From: Haliotis cracherodii
Taxonomy: Eukaryota
Direction of reading: 5' to 3'
Assembly: GCF_022045235.1 (NCBI RefSeq)
Contig: NW_027266275.1
Span: forward strand, 35,526,001 to 35,590,000
DNA: 64,000 nt
The position numbers and the translations under genes are program-made. The notes beneath the pieces are model-generated. The model did no database searches. It worked only from the letters and a program-made list of their open reading frames with translations, and was not told the DNA's origin. Every line of letters starts with the position of its first letter. Positions within the stretch are counted from its first letter, which is position 1. Below are positions 47,860 to 62,800 of the stretch, piece by piece.

Positions 47860-50800
47860 CTGTAGAGTAGAGGTTGGTTAGGGTAGTAGTGTTAGTTTGA
47901 GTTACAAAACAACGATATGCTACGGTGTGTAACTCCTCATTTGGTTAGGATGCGTATGAAATCGGGTTTAACTTCGCATTGAAGGTTTTTTCACATATAA
48001 TGCGACATGCATGTGTGTGTGTGTGACATGCGTGAGGGTGAGTGTGAGTGATTATGTGATTGTGAGTGNNNNNNNNNNNNNNNNNNNNNNNNNNNNNNNN
48101 NNNNNNNNNNNNNNNNNNNNNNNNNNNNNNNNNNNNNNNNNNNNNNNNNNNNNNNNNNNNNNNNNNNNNNNNNNNNNNNNNNNNNNNNNNNNNNNNNNNN
48201 NNNNNNNNNNNNNNNNNNNNNNNNNNNNNNNNNNNNNNNNNNNNNNNNNNNNNNNNNNNNNNNNNNNNNNNNNNNNNNNNNNNNNNNNNNNNNNNNNNNN
48301 NNNNNNNNNNNNNNNNNNNNNNNNNNNNNNNNNNNNNNNNNNNNNNNNNNNNNNNNNNNNNNNNNNNNNNNNATTGTGTGTGTGTTTATNNNNNNNNNNN
48401 NNNNNNNNNNNNNNNNNNNNNNNNNNNNNNNNNNNNNNNNNNNNNNNNNNNNNNNNNNNNNNNNNNNNNNNNNNNNNNNNNNNNNNNNNNNNNNNNNNNN
48501 NNNNNNNNNNNNNNNNNNNNNNNNNNNNNNNNNNNNNNNNNNNNNNNNNNNNNNNNNNNNNNNNNNNNNNNNNNNNNNNNNNNNNNNNNNNNNNNNNNNN
48601 NNNNNNNNNNNNNNNNCACTTATGCCGGTTTTACAGCGCTTGCCAAATGAGATACCTTGCCACAGTGTAAAAACGATACGCCACCCAAACAAAAGTATAC
48701 CGACTCCGAACGGACTTGCTTCATCCATCTAATCCCGAATATCTTTTTACGCAGGACGACAACAAGAACCAGCTTTTCACTTAAACTGTTGATATGGTGC
48801 GGCCAGGCCATCCAACCATTCTCTCCCACTGACCCTCTATGTCCCTCCAACTGACCAATCAGATTCCACCTCGCATATCACTTGCATTTGCTTCAAACAA
48901 AATGGCGGCGCCCAGTCAAGGCAACCGGATTTATAATCAAAATCTATATTGTTATAAAACGGGTCTTACTTCGGGAAGTGCGTCAAATCTGTACGACAGT
49001 TAACGAACCGGATGTCGATTTCGTTCCTCGACTTTGATTGGACTATGCATATACACGTAAACTAAGCCTAAATATATCTAACCGCCTCCGTGGTCTAGTG
49101 CTAGAGCGTCCGCCCGGAGAGCGGAAGGTCCGGGGTTCGATCCCGACCGCGTCATACCAAAAGACGTTAAAAGATGGTACTTGTTGTTACCCTGTCTGAC
49201 GCTCGGCATTAAGGGGCTAAAACAAGGACTGGTCGACTCGGAGTCAGTATACTGTGCCTGAGTGGGGTATTCATGTTAAACTGCGGCATGGTATCTCAAT
49301 GAGCTAGCACTATAAATCGGCATCAGTCCGGACTAGCACAAGCAGCCACACAAACACACACCCGTACATGCACGTCGCTATATAAGTGCAATAATCTTGC
49401 ACGCGACGTTAAACCCCATTTCACCTCACCAGCCAAGGGTGGATACTGGACTTTTATAGTCACTTAACTCCCTTCCCTCGGGAAGATACGATCTACCGAC
49501 CTTCCGCTCTATTCACTGCACCACTGAGGCGGCCAGAGCATCGAAACACCGACCTTCCGCTCTCCGGGCAGACGCTCTATACACTGCACCAAGGACACGG
49601 CTTCGTTATTATACTTGGGCGGTCGGGTAGCCTAGTGGTTAAAGCGTTCGCTCGTCACGCCGAAGACCCGGGTTCGATTCCCGACATGGGTACAATGTGT
49701 GAAGCCCATTTCTGGTGTCCCCCGCCGTGATATTGCTGGAATATTGCTAAAAGCGGCGTAAAAAACCATACTCACTCACTCACTCACGTTATTATACTTA
49801 AGCAACGTCATCATAGAATGCCTGTTGTAAGAGCGTACCAGTTTTAATTCTTGTTTTAAGGATTTCTCGACTATTATTGCCGAAAATGAAGGAGGTAAGG
49901 CCATCGAACCACCGACATTCCGTTCTCTGAGCACACGCTCTATCCACGGAACCGTTGAGGCGCCTTCTTTATTTGGATTAAGCAACGTCATCATAGAATG
50001 CCTGTTGTAAGGGCGGACCAGTTTCAATTCTTGTTTTAAGGCTTTATCGGCTATTATCGACAAATACAAGTGTGACAATAAAATTAGGGTTGGAAGGCGA
50101 CCAGTTTTTCTTATTAACCTAAGACCTAAGCGCTCCGCTGTGTATTTAAATTAATGTGTTTTGTATTTCTCAAAAGGCCTTTGAAACCTAAGGTTTAAAG
50201 TTAGCAAACAAATATGGGCTGAATAATATGAGAAGAATTGTAATTTAACATTGTACTGTTGAAGACTGATCCATAAAACAATGACAAAATGGCCTAAGCT
50301 GTTTAGAATGCTCATGCCCTGATGTGCTGAGTGGCAGAAAACAACGTTTGAATGATAGTTCCATATAGATGGCGACATGTAGTTAGTATATCAATACATG
50401 GTGAAATAAAGGTATTGTATATAATTATAATTTATGAATCTACTAACAACATACTGTGGGATGATGTTGTATTACTATTAGACACATAGCGGTGATTTTC
50501 CAGCCGATTTAGTCAGTTTACCAACACTCCTTTTTTTCTGTCCAGACTGAACCCTCGGTAGAGGTAATTACAATAATGGATATAGTCACTAACAACAACA
50601 AGGTAGCAGAGCGTGGTTGAACATATCTAGAAATAGAGACACAGAAATTGAACTAGAAACATAAGCGAAAACCGGCACACTGGTAGAGATCACAAGAACG
50701 ACAGCCACGACACACTATTCACAGGCCACACTGTCAGAATATACCGATGGTGAGGAAATAATATTTGATCTGATGAAAGGAAAGACACCAAAGTCCAGGG

Positions 50801-53800
50801 ATGTTGAGAGTTTTCAATATTTGTTCGTGAAATTTGTTCCCGCAGTCCTTAAGCACGCGCTTTGGTATTACACAATGTGTAATACAGCTGTATGTTTATT
50901 AAACGGGTGATCTCTTCACGGGCAAGAAATAAATATAGTTTACATTAATATGATTTCATGAATTTAAAAACCCCACTAGATTATAGTCGATGACATTGGA
51001 TAGAAATAGTACTCACGGTTCCCAGTAGTTTGTTTGGGTTTGTAAGGCCTCTGTGTGTAAGGCACCTGTGTGTAGGGCCTCTGTGTGTAGGGCCTTTGTG
51101 TGGTACGGATTGGTGTGTATGGCTTTGGCGTTATTGGTTGAACAGTTAACCTCGGAGTGCTGGTAGTCGTGGTGCTAGTTGTACTTGTAGGTGGTGGAGC
51201 CGTAGTGACCTGAGGCCTCTTGCTGACGAAGTGTGTGGGCCCGGGTGTGTTTTTGCCACTGTTACATGGGACGTTGGCTGCACGGTCGCAATATTTGGCT
51301 TTAGGGTTGAAGTGTAACCCAGGGGCACAGTTGGCCGTGAAGGTCATGTTATTGGCACAGATGAAGTATTCCGCACAGTTGTAGGGGCTAAGGTAGAAGT
51401 CGCTGATTCGGCCATAGCAGAAGTTCGTGCCGTGCTGAATGCGCGGCGTAGCTAGAACAAAAGGATAGTATGTACTGTCTGAAAGCCACAAAGAGGATCG
51501 TCTTTGGGTCGAGTTTTGGGTCGAGTTTTGGGTCGACCGTTTTATATTCACGATGAAGGGGAATTGTAGAGTCCTGAATAGGAAATGTGTATGTTTATGT
51601 GTGTTTTAGTGTTATCTAATTGTTCAAAAGTTGTTTGATCAAGGTTACAATATTCAAAGCCTCAGTAATATATGGTAGACATGTGGAGGACATTTCCACA
51701 TTTGACGCATCAGTGACAAGAATGATGTTCGATGCAATTCCTTAATTTGACTTGTTTTCAGGTGAACAATTGAATTGACTTGCCTTTGCATATGTTTGTG
51801 ACTGTTGTAACCTGTGGGGCAGGATACGCTCACCTTTTCGCGAACTCCTGGTATCATCACAAGTTGATATTTATTCATAAACACATGCTCATGATATAGT
51901 CGGAATATTACAATCGACTTAATGCTTTTAGTAGAGATTTCTATTGGATATGGAAAGGGTTTTGTCGCTTTTTTAGTATGAACACCGTTATAGATGACAT
52001 AATGTAACACAACATTATACATATTTTATTATATTCCAGCGTACAAAACTAAGTTTGATGTTCAGGTAATGAAGATATGAAAGATTATGTCTACTTTGTA
52101 TAATCCCTGTTGTGGAATCAGAGTAGCACGTTTGTCATGTTCGCCCATTTTCTGCGGCGGTCGGGTAAGACCCGGGTTCGATTCCCGACATGGGTACAAT
52201 GTGTGAAGCCCATTTCTGGTGTCCCCCGCCGTGATATTGCTTGAATGTTGCTAAAAGCGGCGTAAAACCATACTCACTCACTCGCCCATTTTCTTGATGA
52301 TCTTAGGCATCACACTTTACATGAATATTATTGGCAGTATCCATCAGAAAGTAAATGTATACAACTTTTTAGTTCTTTTCATGTCACAACTGTCAATGCC
52401 TTGTCGAAATATATTTTCTTAGCTGTAAAATAAAGAAAAAGTATCTGAAAATCACTGATGTCCATTAATATAATACTGTACTGTTTTACTGTACGCGTGG
52501 TACAACGCCGTTTTGAAACCGTTTGTGCTTTCACTGTAATAAGGGACGGTGGCCTTTTTACTGAATACATTTGAAGGATTATACAATATCTGAAATATTT
52601 ACTAGCAAATTTCACACCGAAAAACAAAACAACATTTAAACAATATAATGACTCGTTTGAACGATAGAATGACGCAGATTTGTTTAAATAAACATGAGTT
52701 CACTTGACCGGCACAAATCTCTAAAAATGCGAGAGGTAATGGTTCTGTGAAGTATTCACCACAGTTGAGTTTATGTATGTAATGCATGCATGCAATAAGT
52801 AAATACCTGTTCGCACTCTGCTTTATTGATTGTTTTGATTTTTTTTAAAAATGAGTAACGGTGATTTTGCTTCCTACTCTTTTCGCGAACATCTATATTT
52901 TTCATCAATGGAATTTTTTTTTTCAAAATGGAATTGGATTTCCTCTGATGACAATATTCACCACGTGATTATCGATCGGACGAATTCTTTAATATATCAC
53001 GTATCAGCATGCAGTTACTGATATTAATGAATAAAATTCAGGCAACCACATATCGAAACCCCATTCAATTCATGTTAAAAGTACCTTGCCTCTGTCAGCA
53101 TTTAATAAGTGGATTCTAATAGTATCTAGAATAAAGATCCCTGAGATTCCACTGCACTATTATGATAAGTTGATAACGATACCAATATTAAAGATAGTCA
53201 TCGAATAATACGTATAGGCTAGAAGACCTGCAGTAACACGTGACCTAAATACATTGCGATGGAATCCCCTTTGTGCACACGTTAGTAATACCACATACAT
53301 CTTTCCGAGGCAAACGTGTCCACAAACCTAGACCAAGGCCTAGTTCTAACACATGTCATGCCTGCTTTCCTTGCCTCGATCGTGGAGTCACCACGTTCAG
53401 AGCACTGGTCTTATTTCGTATGGCTTCACAGGGAACACGGATGGCTCAGTAGGGAGCTGCAATACGCTGTACAGAGTTGCGTCCCTTGGACACACCAGAA
53501 ACCTATGATTGTTGGTTCGAAACCCGGTTCGCCACGATTATGTTTCTAGGTTTGTCAGCACCATAACCTAGCTCGTGGGTTTCAACGAAGTGGTAAACCT
53601 CTGAGACCTGCATGAGATTTGGCCTTCCTCCCACATTAAGCTGACGCAACGTGATATAACGGGAATACTGTTCAAAGCGATGTTAAACTCAATTCACTCA
53701 CTCGAATGGCTTATCAAAGATGACTACCACATCAGAAGACAAAGTTTGCACTCAAATATATAAAAGTATTTGGGCGAGGTGAAAACTTTGAACAACTTCG

Positions 53801-56800
53801 AAAATATTTGTCTCAGCTTAATTTTTGGAATAATTTCAGTGCAAATTTGACAGGCGATGACTGCGGCACAGAAGCGATAACGCTTTCGGGACACGGGTGT
53901 TGATTTTGTAAAATGTTCTCTGGTTCTTTTGGACTTTCAAAATGTGCTATAGTCCCATGGTTCTCTCATATTTCAAGAAGTCTTGAAATGTAAAGTTTGT
54001 TACAGGCTTGTGAACATTCCTGCCTCGGCATAATGTTCAACATCTCGATTAAACGTGTCTCGCAAGACGAAGTAATGGAGTAAACATGGTATCGTGCCCA
54101 GACCGCTTGTTAAACGGCCGCTTTAAGGCATGCTAATATTAGAACGATCGCTACATACTGTAAACATCCCGTGAACATCTTGTTCTTCAGCAACCCTTGC
54201 TTGTCGTAAGAGGCAACTAACGGGATCGGATTTGTCAGCCTCGCTGACTTGGTTGATGCATGTCATGGTATCCCAGTTTCGTAGATCGATGCTTTTGATG
54301 TCAGTCACTGGATTGTCTGGCCCAAACTCGATTTACGTAGATGACGTCATATAGCTGGAATATTTCTGTATGCGGCGTTAAACAACAAACAAATAATAAC
54401 ACATACTGTAAACTGGGCCGTTGGTGATGTGTGGTGGGTTCGTCACAACGACGTGCGGGGGAGTGTTGGGTTTCCGAGTGGTGATCGCTGGACGCTGAGT
54501 GGTGGCGGATTCGTGGTGAATATCCTGGTGCCTGGGGTTAGGAAAGGAGATTAGAACAGATTTGTTTAATTGTTTGGTTTACGGAATATATTTCTTAAAC
54601 ATTAGTCGGTTACGCTTTCGAAGGAATTCGGAGGGGCTTTGTCGTATAATTGGGACAGTAGGTGGAGATGAACATGTCTGGCGATACCAATATGTGAGTT
54701 GATGTTTTGTTATCGAAACGAATCTTACCGTCGGCAACATTTAAAACAATTTGCAATACTGATCTTAGCACTTCTATTTGGGAGATCGGCGATACCGTAA
54801 AACAAGTAACAAAATGTAAGGCCTTTCTGTAAATTTCTGTGATAGTGTTTATCATTGTAATTATGATAATCCATCATTAGCATCGTCAACAACCGGGCCT
54901 ACATATACCGCAACAGCGAGTGAATTGAGTGAGTGGGCTAGTTTGGTTTAACACCGCTATGGACAGTATTTCAGTTATATCACTATGTGTTATGTGAGAG
55001 AAAAGCCCGAGGTGATGCAATCTAGGACGGTTATTCTCTTCGTCAAACCAACGATCTCGCGTACGGTGTTGACAACCAAAGGACTATAAACAGGGGCCTG
55101 GAATACGAACCCACGATAATTGTATCTTAGACAACTGAGCTACTCGTGTTCCCACCGCCAATACAATGACAACTAAAGAAGGTAACGGCATTGCTTTAAC
55201 CTATAAAAATGCTTGTGTTGGATATATATACACAACTTACTGGTCTTCAAAACAAATCTAAAATCTTACGGCCCTGGTCCTACACAGTTTGTTCTGTCTG
55301 GGGTGGCGAGTTCGTCCACGATGGCGTGGAGTAGGGGATAGGGGCCTTGGCCACAGTCGGCCCCTGAGAAGTCATCCAAGTCCAGGGCCCACACCATGAC
55401 GCCTCCAAAGCCGGACGTCTTGATGTAGCACACCTGCAGCAAGAGGAGAACAGGGAGATTGGTTCAGTGACCTATGCAATTCCTTATTTAGCCTTGTACC
55501 ATTTTATATTCAGGTGAATAATTGACTCCCATTTGCATGTGTTTGTGACTCACCTTTCCGCTCACCTGGTATTGCCACTATTTGATAGTAATTCATAAGA
55601 AAACCATATGTTTTTAATATGCTCGGGATCGTACAATGAACTCTGCTTTTAGCTTTTATTTAACACTGCTTTGAACGGGTTTTAAACGTCGCTATATAGT
55701 GCAATAATCTTGGACGCGACGTTAATCTGGGATTAATCTGGGATTGGAACCTATGACTAAAGGGCACAGATCTGCAGAGCGATTTACGGCGCATTAGACG
55801 TGCCGTTGTGACGCTAAGTGCCATTCAGGAAACGCTCATGTTAGCTATCATTGTCTTAGGACTCTTCTCAAACATTGCTTACTTTCTGCCGGAGACCCCG
55901 ATTGTCGTCGTAGCCCATCCACTCCACCCTGTATCCAACATTGCTTACCTTCTGCCGGAGACCCCGATTGTCGTCATAGTCCACCCACTCCACCCTACAT
56001 CCATCATTGCTTACATTCTGCCGGATACCCCGATTGTCGTCATAGACCACCCGCTCCACCCTACATCCAACATATGCTTGCTTACCTTCTGCCGGAGACC
56101 CCGATTGTCGTCGTAGTCCACCCACTCAACCCTACATCCAACATATGCTTGCTTACCTTCTGCCGGAGACCCCGTTTGTCGTCGTAGCACATCTACTCCA
56201 CCCTACATCCAACATATGCTTACCTTCTGCCGAGACCCCGATTGTCGTCGAAGCCAACCCACATCACCCCACATCCAGCATCAGCGTACCTGCTGTCGGA
56301 GACCCTGATTGTCGTCGTAACCCCCTCGCTTCACCCTACATCCAACATGTGCTTGCCTCCTCAAGCAGACCCTGATTGTCGTCGTAACGCACTCACTTCA
56401 CTCTACATCCCATATCAGCGTACCTTCTGCCGGAGACTCAGTTTGTCGTCGTAGCCCACCCACTGGTCGGCCCGGGTAATATAGCGGACTCGCTGTTCGG
56501 GAATATCAACAATTTTGCCACCATTTTGCTCCATTTCACAAATCTGAAACCATAACATGTCCATGTTGATTTTCAATGAACGTAAGAAAATAAGAAAAAT
56601 TGGTATCGTAAAATAATTTATATCCAAAGTGGTCAGAGGACATATATGTATGAACCACCTTCATATTTCATTCTAAACAAGAAAAAAAACCACTTTCTCC
56701 AACATAACAGTGATCCAAGAGCTAATGGTTCGAACGTGAAGCTCACGTGTCATGGATATCAAAATATACTGAGTCAAATTAAAAACTTCACATTTTTGAA

Positions 56801-59800
56801 AATAATCCCATATATGATATACAACGGACCAATGTATCAGAGAAGGTAATTTTAAATCATTAATGTTCAAAGAAGGATTTTAATTAACGGTGGTAACCAT
56901 AATTTGTTCCAAGCACCTACGGTATTCGGTAATAACATGAACAAGTTAAATCAAGTTAAGTCCCAAGCACTAGAATCTGATGGCACACAAGTTCAGTAGC
57001 GTGTATGGCCACCATGTGCGTTGACAACTGCCACACAACACCTCCGCATGAATCTTGTGATGCTTGTGGATACATGATTTGGAAGACGACGCCATTGTTG
57101 CTGCAATATGGTGCCAAGATCTTGCAAATTCTGTGGTTGGTTCTGGAGAGTGCGCAGACTTCTGCCAAGAGCAGACCAGACGTGTTCGATGGGATTGAGG
57201 TCGGGAGACCTTGACGGCCAGTCCATGACGTTGACTCCAGCATTCTGAAGGAAATTCCTTGTCAAAATTGCTCTGTGGGGTCTGGCATTGTCGTGTTGGA
57301 AGATCAAACCGGGTCCATGTGCTGCCATAAAAGGCAGAAGTTCTGGTGCCAGTACCTGGTCGCGGTAAGCAGAAGCGTTGAGGTTGCCACCGATGACAAG
57401 AAGCCTGGAACGTGCATTGCCACAGAAAGCACCCCACACCATGACACTTCCGCCTCGAGATCTGTCAACTTCCTGGACACAACAATTGGCGTAACGTTCA
57501 TGATGGCGCCTCCACACCCTCCCCCTACCATCAGCAAATCAAAGATTAAATCGGGATTCATCGGGGTTGATGTAGCCGTCAAAAATCGGTTACGGAGGTG
57601 ACGTAAGACAATCTGACGATCCTCTGCATGTGACGTCACACGTGGTCGACCTGGCCGAGGGCGATCAGCGGTGGTACCCGTTTGCTGTAGACGCGTCTGT
57701 AAATCATAAACAGTCCGTCGACTACAACCCATCGTCCTTGCTACTTCAGCTACGGACGTTCCCGTCTGCAACATGCCGATGGCACGTTCACGTTGCACAT
57801 TTGAAAGGCGTGGCATGACAAATGGCCGTAAAGACTTCTGTTTTCTTGAGTTTTTATTTTTTTGTTAATGACTGCTAACAAGTATGGCTGAAAACACGTG
57901 CGGTATTATTGCCACGTGACCAGTTGCACGTGAAAAACCACTTTTGCCACTGTAGTGCTGTGCACATGATTTTGATCGATTCACCTGCACAAAAACGGGT
58001 GTTACCTGAAGACAATACGTGGCCATTACTGTTTCAATACACAATAAGGGCCCACAATGATAACTGGTCAAATGTTAAAATTTTAGGATTGTGAAGTTTT
58101 TAATTTGGTTCAGTATATGTTTCGAAGGGAAGTCACCTCCTGGTAAGACAGGAAGCCCGCCTCGCCTGTGTACGGTCCTTTTGCGCCGGGGCCTTTGGCA
58201 GGTGCACCTAGGGTGTTGTCAGCAGTTGACAGGGTGAACGTACGACCATATAGAGCCACGCCTATGTTGAGTTTCTCTCTAGGAGCGCCCATCTTCACCC
58301 AGTATTCAGCTGCCCAATGCTAAAACAAAAATTGATATGAAATTATTTTATTCACAAAATCAAAAGCCAATCATTTACTGAGTCCTCGTTTTATACATGG
58401 ATAAGGTGATAGTCATTACACTGCAATATGTCCACGGCAAGGGGACACAACGATTGGCCTTCATGGATTTTACCTATTTGGGATATCTGACCTTGCTCGT
58501 CGGCGTGTCACGCCAAAGCTTTAACCACTAAGCTACCCAACCCCGCGCACTCACTTACCAGATTAAGGTACTTGTCATCGTTGGTCTCGTCAATACGTGG
58601 ATACAGAGGGCTGTTGTGACCGGTGTGGTCCTCCCAACTGCCGTGCAGGTCATAGGTCATCACACTAATGAAGTCCACGATCCTAGGCAGCATCAAAACA
58701 CAAAATGATGCAGAACCAGAATATAAAGGTGGCAGGATAAGGCTTTAACATCTACTAAAAAATGCTTGCTGCGTCTACTTAATTTTGCCTCAGTGAAAAT
58801 ACGCTAGGGGCCGATCATTTAACCTTCTTATGTGTCTGGTTAGAAACAGAATATTTCTCCATCACTGCTTTCAGTATATTTTCTATGCAAATTTGTTTGT
58901 TTAGAAATCCGATCCCCTTATGTGACTGTTAGTCTCTCACTTACAACATCTTCCCGGTCGTGTGACTTCTACCACTTACTTTGATATTTCCGGGATTTCG
59001 TATGCAGTGTCAATATTGGGTTTTCCCGCCGCCACGGCCGCCGTCAACATCAGTCGGGGTCTACCAGATTGCTGCGCTTCCGCCACAAAAGCATCGTACA
59101 GTGCCTGAAAACAATTCTCTATTCGGCTATTCCAGTCCAATGTAGATTGTCTTAACGTTTGTAAAATATATGTGACATACTGAGTCACATTTCATTTCTA
59201 AACTGAATCAGTGAATGTATGTTATTTAACAATATTCCTGCTTTTCCATACCAAATCGTAAATAATCGAACCGTTTTTGACAATATCCCAGCAACTTCAC
59301 GGTAGGGGACACCACAAATGGGTTTCATACATTGCACTCGTTGGGAACCAACCCAGGCATTCGTCATGACGAGCGAACGCTTTCATCACTTGGCCAATAT
59401 TCTTGGTTAAAATGCATGGTCTGTGTCTAACAAGATACCAAGTCTATCTGATTTAAAACATGGTTTTATTCGTTTAATATTTGTTACGTAAATGTGTCAT
59501 TTTGCTAATATTAATAACTGATTCAATAAGACGTTATTTGTACCTCCAAAATAAATATCTTGTTTTGTAATAATAACATGTCCTAAAATAACATGATTTA
59601 TAAAAGCATTAAATTCATTTCAGACTTATTTCACGTACGAGATTCTAAATATACCTGAGCAATGTTTTCATTGTCAGAATTGCAAAATGAACACAACTAG
59701 GCTTGTTGTCAATCAAGTTCATCTTTAACAATTACTTTTTAGAGTATATAATTTTGTGTAGGAATGTAATCTGAAATTCTTATATTTTGTAACTATCTAT

Positions 59801-62800
59801 TGTAGATTTTTTCTATATAGTTAAAATACAAGGACATGCAAACCATTAGTCGGGAAACACTTACGATTCGAATAAACGCAAGTACATTAACAAAAGGGCC
59901 ATGGAGCTTCTCGGTATTAGAACGGTATTAGAAGTGCAGGGTTTTGGATTGCCTGGCATCTGCGTCAATCGAACATGCCAAGTTTAACAGAAGTGCAAAG
60001 AAACAACGTCATAGGCCGCTTGTAGGCAGGAGGATCCCGATCAGCTGTAGCCTGGTTATTCAATGTAGCGCCCAGCACCATCACAAGGCAGCCCAGCACC
60101 ATCACATTTCAACAGCATCATGGGTCAACACGTGATCGGCAAAGATCGGGACGACCAAGAGTAACCACCCCCGCCCAAGATCGCTACATCCGACTGCGCC
60201 ACCTACGTGGAAGGACGACCACAGCCACGTCAACCGCATCCCAAATACCCGGACTGCGCAGAATCTCCGACCAGACTAAACCGTTTAAGAGCAGCAGTTC
60301 TACCAGCAAGACGTCCTGTTCGACGCGTCATATTGAGTCGATAACATCGTCAACAACGACTGCATTGGTGTCGTCAACAAAATGTATCGCTTCAACTGCG
60401 ATGGAGAGATGTCTGGTTCAGCGACGAATCAAGATTTCTACTCCGTCGAGGGGATGGAAGAGCACGGGTTTACAGACGTCGGGGAGAACGTTACGCCGGC
60501 AACGGCGCACAGGAAGTGGACAGGTTTTATGGGGGTAGCGTTATGATGTGGGCAGTTATCTCACATCATGGCAGGACAGGTTTGGTCCATATCCAGGGTA
60601 ATCTTACGGCTCAACGATACATCAACGAAATTATCCTTCCACACGTCCTCCCAATTGCAGCCTGTCACAAGAGCCTGTCTACACGACAACAACGTTGATG
60701 TTTTCCCCTGGCCTTCCAGATCTTCGGATTTGAACTAATAGAGCACCTGTGGGATGAATTGGGTAGACGGCTACGCCGACGTCAACCACAACTTTGGACG
60801 TTGCAGCAGTTGGTTTTTGCGTTGCAGGCCGAGTTGGCTACCATTCCCTAGGATGGGTTTCGCATACTCGTCTCTTCCATGGGCAGGATATGTCAGGCCG
60901 CTATCGATTCCAACGGGGGACATACGTGTTATTGATGGTAGCTGACATTCGCCTCAGACTTTTCCTATGTACCGATAACTGAGTCGACTACAATCACCAA
61001 GTGTTCTCTCCGCTACATTTTGCTCAATCTCCTGTACGGTTCCTCGTATAGATGTATTTTCCTATCTCACACAAATCTGGCCTTGCGTTTCCTTTTTGGA
61101 AGAGTTTATTTGTTCCGAGCAACTAATCTGTCTATCCAAAATGGGTTAGTGATATGGAAGTGGTTTTTTATATTAGCCCGTAAACGGAAAATATCCTTTT
61201 TTTAGGGAAAATCTGAAAGATGATACTTCAGATTTTTGGTTTAGAAATATATGGTTTGATACGCGATAACTTAAATGAGTAAATAAACACTGTAATATCA
61301 ACCACTCTAAGGCCACCATCTTCAAATTTTCTAACTAGGTCTATTCTTCTTCTAATTTTATTCTTCTCTGTCCATTCTATATAAAGTTGAAGAAAATGCT
61401 GTAAGTTTAATTCGTGTATAAATTATATTGGGGGATTTGGTAAAGCAGTTAATATATGAACCATATTTGGCAAAGCCAAGGTTTTTATCACATTTATTTT
61501 TACTATTAATGCCAAGTTGCATTTCCTTAAGTTTGAAATCATTCTTTTAATTGTTTCCAATCGTTTTCCAGTGTTGATAACCCAAAGTTTGTTTGTTTTC
61601 AAATCGAAGTTTAATTCCATGTAAATCGAATTTTGCGTCATGTCAGTTCAATGTTAAGTCAGAACATAATGTGAATGCACCGTCATAGATAATCGTTTAG
61701 AAACTGTGTCAGAGACCAAATCAGTTAATATTAATAGACCTTTCTTCTTTACTATTTTTGTTTCAAGACGGAACCAAGTTTATATAATGGCTACAAGGGG
61801 CGCGGGTTTGTGGTTCGGCTTGTCCTAGAATGATCTCTTCTAACCCGCCTCACTGTTACCTGAAGCAATTCGGTATAGTGATGTTTATCCTCTGGTGGAC
61901 CGCCTCTGTTTGCAGGATACTCCCAGTCTACATCCACGCCGTCGAAGTTGTTGTCTCGGAGGAATTTGACAACGGAGTCCGCGAACTCCTTCCTCCCCGA
62001 GGGGGTGTGGGACATCTCATGGAACGGCATCGACTTAAGATTCCAGCCCCCAACAGCAAGCAGGGTCTTCATGCTTGGATTGGTTTTCTTCAACGCCATA
62101 AAACGTTCGAACCTGCATGGTGAATGATGCTTTGAACATTATTTCAGTTATATCCCGATGTGTCAGATGCATGTGGGAGGAAGGTTTGAATTTAAGTCTA
62201 GACGTTCAGATGTTTGGTGACACACACGAGCACGGGTATGGCGCTGACACACCTAGAAACATAATCAGGCTAAACCGGGATTCGAACCCACGATCGTGGA
62301 CGCAACTCTACACAGCCTTAGACGACTTTGCCACTCGTATTAAATATGTCGACACTGATAAAATAAATGAAATACACTTGATACTGTAAAGTGATGTATA
62401 GAGTAATACCAACCTTTAAAAAATGTCTTGAAAAGTCAAATTTAACAGACCATAACAACTCAGAAACAGTTTACAGAATCGTGTTACTCGTGATCAACAT
62501 CATTTGAATCTTTGAATCTGTCTTCAAAATATAGGTAAACCTGTACTGTCTACTGTTCGAGACTAATAGCGGCGGTAGTTGTTGAGTTTGATGCAACGGC
62601 ACCCTGAACAGTATTTGAGTTACATCCCGGAATTATGACTTACTGTGGAAGGACCACCTCCGTGGTCTAGTGGTAGAGCGTCAGCCCGGAAAGCGGAAGT
62701 TCCCGGGTTCAATCCCGGCCGCGTCATACTCAAAGACGTTAAAAATGGTACTTCTTGTTACCCTGTCTGGCGTTCCACATTAAAGGGCTAAAACAAGGAC

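Noticed and set aside
47991-48732. ORFs spanning X runs
   Set aside because: Artefacts of assembly gaps.
51740-51920. Third copy of the intron-7 segment (18600-18750, 55500-55640) with a DDxxSxREK|GT look, suggesting a cryptic exon
   Set aside because: The same sequence occurs inverted at ~34490-34640 and ~63855-63940, so it is an old dispersed repeat, not an exon duplicate.
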